DNA of 64,000 nucleotides. Origin: Zootoca vivipara. Taxonomy: Eukaryota. This document shows, piece after piece, positions 58,285 to 64,000 of the stretch (positions are counted from its first letter, which is position 1; each line of letters opens with the position of its first letter). The notes below the pieces were generated by a model. That model made no database searches. It saw only the letters and a list, made by a program, of their open reading frames with translations, and was not told where the DNA came from. The stretch covers positions 26,722,001-26,786,000 of the forward strand of contig NC_083292.1 in NCBI RefSeq assembly GCF_963506605.1, read 5' to 3'. The translations under genes and the position numbers were made by a program.

Positions 58285-61120
58285 GTGAGACTAGGAGCCA
58301 GATGTGTTGACCAGGGATCTCACAGGTTCTTGGTTGCTTATTCAGTGATAAGAAAGGGGTCCTCTCTGTACAACAGTTTAAAACTGCTGTAGATGGAGCA
58401 GCTTTGATCATGCGACTTTCCAGCCCTTCATACAAACAGCCTTAGGAATTTGTGAATATCCTCAGTTTTGGAGAAGAGAAGGTTAAGGGGTGACATGATA
58501 GCCATGTTCAAATATATGAAAGGATGTCATATGGAGGAGGGAGAAAGATTGTTTTCTGCTGCTCCAGAGAAGCGGACACGGAGCAATGGATTCAAACTTC
58601 AAGAAAGAAGATTCCACCTAAACATTAGGAAGAACTTCCTGACAGTAAGAGCTGTTTGGCAGTGGAATTTGCTACCAAGAAGTGTGGTGGAGTCTCCTTC
58701 TTTGGAGGTCTTTAAGCAGAGGCTTGACAGGCATATGTCAGGAATGCTTTGATGGTGTTTCCTGCTTGGCAGGGGGTTGGACTGGATGGCCCTTGTGGTC
58801 TCTTCCAACTCTGATTCTATGATTTGTTGAGTAATCCCAAGATACAGTAATGATTCCCAGAACAGCCTGGTGCTCATCTGGTGATCTGGACTACAGCATC
58901 CATCAGCCCCAGCCAACTGTGGGATGCTAGAGCTGATGAGAGGATAATTGTTATTGTTATAATTATTATTAATTACCCACCTTTCACCCTTAGTTCCCGG
59001 TTAAACAGTTAAAAGGCAGTATTCTACCTAACTGGGTAAGCCTGCCAGAACAAAGCTGTTTTAGCAGGCGCCAAAAGGGATACGGTGACGGCCTCTGCTG
59101 ATGCCATTGGCCAGGGATTTCCAAAGTGTTACGCTATCAAGCTAAAAGATTGATTTATTGGGAATGCAAAATGAGTATTCTGTGTCACCTGTAACAATGC
59201 CAGTTCCACAGATCAAAGTACGGTAGTTGACTGGGCGTATATGGGGTAAAGCAATCTCACAGGTAAACTGGTCCTAAGCCGTTCAGGGCTTTATATACTC
59301 CTATTAACACCTTGAACCTGGTACGGTAGCAAATCGGCAAGCAGTGTGGGTCTCTGAGCATAGGTGTTAATAAGTTGTCAGGGTCTTATTCCTGCCAGAA
59401 ATTGTGCTGATGCATTCTGCACTAACTGCAGCTTCTGGTTCAAGCGTAATGGAAGCCGTACATCGTGGCCAGTCTGTGCCTAGCCTTCCCCACCGCCAGC
59501 AAGCACATGGGAATCTGCCTTAAGCAGAATCAGACCCTTGGTCCGGGTGCCCCATTGCTGTTGATGCTGAGTGGCAACAGCTCTCCATGTTTTTCAGATG
59601 GGAGGGGGTATTTCCTAGTCTGGCCTGGGAATGCTGAAGAATCTAACCAGGGAACTTTCTGCATGCAGGGCAGATGTCCTGGGGCTGAGCTGCAGCCTTC
59701 CTTGTGCAGAATGTAACCTTAGGCCTATTTCACCTGACTGGTTTGTGTCGGGTCAGAGCACTATATAAGTAGTGTTTATCATGTCCTAAGAATGTTATGA
59801 GGAACTCCTTCCTGTATTTAATGACTAATCATTGTAAATAAGCAAGAGGCAGCTTCTCGTGTTGAAACTGGCAGCCAGCCAGCGGTTTAATCTTGTTGTC
59901 ATTTCCAGAGTTATTACATTTGTTCACACCCTGCCTTTTCCCCTGATGGAACTCAAGGCAGCTTACAGATAAAAACAAGAACCGCTAAGAACATAGAAGA
60001 AGCAATCATTAAAAAAAGAGTAAACATTGGTGGAATGAAAACTATAACCATATATAAAATCTATTAAAGCCAGACAAATACAATAAAAAGAGCATGACAA
60101 TAGCCCTTTCATTAAAAAAACACCAGTCCATTCCCCAAAGCCTGTTGGAACCAGAAAGTTTCCACTTGCTTGCCAGCGGAAGGACGGCAAGGAGGGAGCC
60201 AGTTGAACTTTTCTAGGGAAGGAGCTCCAAAGTTTGGGAGCAGTCACCGAGAAGGCTCTCTCTCACATCCCCACCAAGTGGGTCTGTAAGGGTGGTGGGA
60301 CCAAGAGAAGGGCCTCCCCAAAAGAGATTTGTATGAGAGAGTACGGTTTTTCAGAAAAGCTTGGACTTGACCTGTGGAAAGCCACAAACCTTTGAAATGT
60401 CTCTTGGTCAGTGGGTATTTCCAACCACCACCTCCCTGTTGACCTGCCATTCTTACACAAAAGTAAATCAGAGCAGCCTTTGTGGATGAAAACCAGTTGT
60501 GGCTCTCCAGATGTTGGTGGATTTCCCACCTCAGTAGTCTCTGGCTGGTGTCAGCTGGAGTCCAGCAACATCTGGAGGACCACAGATGGTAACCCTAGCA
60601 AAAATGGGATTTCCATGGGGCTTCCTCATTCACTATTTTGGTAGTGTTTGGCGTGGGTCTTATTTATTTATCTGTTTGTTTATTTGTTTAAGGAAAGCAA
60701 GAGTAGTTTTGCTCAGCAGTAACCAGCTAAACACCTGTGGACACTTACAGATGGGACATGAATGTGCTGGTTGTTCTTTTGTTCACACTCTGGGGAGACT
60801 GCTTCTATATAAGGAGGGTTTATTTTGCTGTTAGCTGAATAGCCGTTAGTTGACATGTCTCCCCCACACATTTCCTTTAGGAAAGCTATCCAGGCCAGTG
60901 GCTGTTGCCACATCTTGTATATCTTGTGATGCTTGACACTATTAATTTCAATGGGCTCATATGACATCAATCTCAATGGGCTCATATGACATTAGTCATA
61001 TACGCCCTTTGAGATTAATAGTGGCAAGATAGTTAGGTCTGTCTAATTTGATGGGTTTACTCAGAGTATGATTAATACGGGATACAACCTGAAGATTATT
61101 TTAACTGTCCAAACATTATG

Positions 61121-63811
61121 TCTGGATAAACCTTTGTATTTCACGTCCCAAGGGTGATCTGAAATCTGAGGGTGATCTGAAACCCAAGGGTGATCTGGAA
61201 ATCTGACATTTCATTGGCATATTGCAATGGTACAAAGAAGTGTGGGGGTGTAGCTTTGTTAACAAACCTTTCCTGTTGCCAATGAGACATTGAAGGATGT
61301 GTGTGAAATATGTTTATTTTTTTAAAAAAACGGAGCTTGCTTGTTACTGGAATTTTAAATTCCAATACAAATTCACTCTTTTACAGTCTGACGTTTTGCA
61401 TTTAAATCATAAAAGTGACCAATTAGGCCTAATGGGCAACAAAGCCATGCTTCTTAAAAAATTTAAAGAAGTTTTGGTTATGATCAATAATTTTATAGTT
61501 TATAGATGAAATCGTTTTTGTGTTGTAATTTAGCGATAAAAAGCATTGTATTTTACCTTTCAGTTTATAAAAAAAAGTTCAGCGACTAACATAATAGAAT
61601 ATTATGTTTTGTAATATAATCTATTTTGTCATTTATATTTTTATCGTAATGAGCTAAACACATAATGGCTGGCAAATATACTGTAGCTCAGACAAGAGAG
61701 AGATGAGGATTTTACAAGCCCAGCAGCTCAAATGCCTGTAAAGAAAAAATGGGTCTTGGTACATGTTTTTGGGTAACCCCTGCCCCCAAATATGGTCTGT
61801 GTAAATAGTTCACCAGCTGGGCTGACTGAGGACGTTCTGGGGGCTGCATTAGCAAATTGCAACCCTACATCACTTTCTGCTAATAAAGTACAGGGCCCAA
61901 GTCAAGTCACCAGGAAGCTCTCCCTCACAACAACCCTGCTGTGTTGTCCTTGAATAAGCTTCTGTTCATTTGTGAAGGAGAGCTGTCTCCAGTTCTAATG
62001 GTTCCCAAAGCCTCTTTCATCAGAATTCCACTTCCGCCCCCAAATGGCAGTGCTTAATTTTTCCATGGAAATTTTGACATTTCGTGGGCTCAAGCGGGAC
62101 AATTAATGGATGCAATTAATTACAGGTGCAAGATTAGGGAACCGGCTTTGCTTATTCGATACAAGGAAAAGAAATATTGCTAAATTGGATAATGCTCTGG
62201 GGCGTCAGAAACAGTTCCGAAATAAACGATAAATTGCAAGAACTCAGGCCAAAAGAAGATGGATTTCAAATAAATCTTCACAAGGTTTCATTGATGTGAT
62301 GCGGAGTTTAAATGGGAATCAATCCCCATGTTGAAGGCAAATAAAGGTAAATTCCAGTAAAAATCAGGACACGGCCCTGTTTCAACTATTCTTCATCAGC
62401 AAAGATTCACAGGTCAAAGTGTACCAAATATGTTTGCCTACACTTTGGTACACTTGGTACATCTGGATAAACCTTTGTATTTCACGTCCCAAGGGTGATC
62501 TGAAATCTGAGGGTGATCTGAAACCCAAGGGTGATCTGGAAATCTGACATTTCATTGGCATATTGCAATGGTACAAAGAAGTGTGGGGGTGTAGCTTTGT
62601 TAACAAACCTTTCCTGTTGCCAATGAGACATTGAAGGATGTGTGTGAAATATGTTTATTTTTTTAAAAAAACGGAGCTTGCTTGTTACTGGAATTTTAAA
62701 TTCCAATACAAATTCACTCTTTTACAGTCTGACGTTTTGCATTTAAATCATAAAAGTGACCAATTAGGCCTAATGGGCAACAAAGCCATGCTTCTTAAAA
62801 AATTTAAAGAAGTTTTGGTTATGATCAATAATTTTATAGTTTATAGATGAAATCGTTTTTGTGTTGTAATTTAGCGATAAAAAGCATTGTATTTTACCTT
62901 TCAGTTTATAAAAAAAAGTTCAGCGACTAACATAATAGAATATTATGTTTTGTAATATAATCTATTTTGTCATTTATATTTTTATCGTAATGAGCTAAAC
63001 ACATAATGGCTGGCAAATATACTGTAGCTCAGACAAGAGAGAGATGAGGATTTTACAAGCCCAGCAGCTCAAATGCCTGTAAAGAAAAAATGGGTCTTGG
63101 TACATGTTTTTGGGTAACCCCTGCCCCCAAATATGGTCTGTGTAAATAGTTCACCAGCTGGGCTGACTGAGGACGTTCTGGGGGCTGCATTAGCAAATTG
63201 CAACCCTACATCACTTTCTGCTAATAAAGTACAGGGCCCAAGTCAAGTCACCAGGAAGCTCTCCCTCACAACAACCCTGCTGTGTTGTCCTTGAATAAGC
63301 TTCTGTTCATTTGTGAAGGAGAGCTGTCTCCAGTTCTGTGCCCTCTAATGGTTCCCAAAGCCTCTTTCATCAGAATTCCACTTCCGCCCCCAAATGGCAG
63401 TGCTTAATTTTTCCATGGAAATTTTGACATTTCGTGGGCTCAAGCGGGACAATTAATGGATGCAATTAATTACAGGTGCAAGATTAGGGAACTGGCTTTG
63501 CTTATTCGATACAAGGAAAAGAAATATTGCTAAATTTGATAATGCTCTAGGGCGTCAGAAACAGTTCCGAAATAAACGATAAATTGCAAGAACTCAGGCC
63601 AAAAGAAGATGGATTTCAAATAAATCTTCACAAGGTTTCATTGATGTGATGCGGAGTATAAATGGGAATCAATCCCAATGTTGAAGGCAAATAAAGGTAA
63701 ATTCCAGTAAAAATCAGGACACGGCCCTGTTTCAACTATTCTTCGTCAGCAAAGATTCACAGGTCAAAGTGTACCAAATATGTTTGCCTACACTTTGGTA
63801 CACTTGGTACA
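61121..63811 (+). repeat. Tandem duplication of ~1.34 kb (61121-62461 / 62462-63811)
   Basis: Both units start TCTGGATAAACCTTTGTATT and are near-identical, with a 9-bp indel and a few substitutions. Confidence 0.95.
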
Positions 63812-64000
63812 TTTGGTACACTTTGACCTGTGAATCTTTGCTGACAAAGAATAGTCGAAACAGGGCCGTGTCCTGATTTTTACTGGAATTTACCTTTATT
63901 TGCCTTCAACATTGGGATTGATTCCCATTTAAACTCCGCATCACATCAATGAAACCTTGTGAAGATTTATTTGAAATCCATCTTCTTTTGGCCTGAGTTC
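63590..64000. repeat. Long inverted repeat (arms 63590-63779 and 63811-64000, may continue beyond the window)
   Basis: At least 190-bp arms with about 3 mismatches and a 31-nt spacer containing TTGGTACA repeats. Confidence 0.95.

Overview
Eukaryotic (vertebrate) genomic DNA from a squamate lizard, probably a lacertid judging from the Sauria SINE and MITE families; the species is not determinable here. Gene order: GLMP (minus strand, exons 1-4, runs off the left edge), CCT3 (minus, complete, 14 coding exons, 546 aa), a bidirectional CpG-island promoter, TSACC (plus, ~153 aa), SSR2 (plus, complete, 183 aa, with a U12-type intron), and a type-2 cystatin resembling squamate oral-gland/venom cystatins (plus, 3 exons, 149 aa). 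Tail-to-tail with it lies a strongly diverged secreted cystatin-fold gene (minus, 3 exons, 188 aa). It keeps the neighbour's exon phases and cysteine positions but has lost the protease-binding motifs and gained a Glu-rich, SxE-containing N-terminal segment; this is the most novel-looking element. From 53923 a segmental duplication repeats SSR2 intron 5/last exon and the first two cystatin exons, and ends in a 1.34-kb tandem duplication and a long palindrome. Also present: candidate intronic H/ACA-like RNAs in CCT3, Penelope-like fragments with minimal hammerhead-ribozyme motifs, a tailless 5S retropseudogene, many TA-flanked and hAT-type MITEs, and one 231-N assembly gap. All exon models were read by hand from splice sites and frame continuity; gene identities rest on recalled protein similarity, not database searches.
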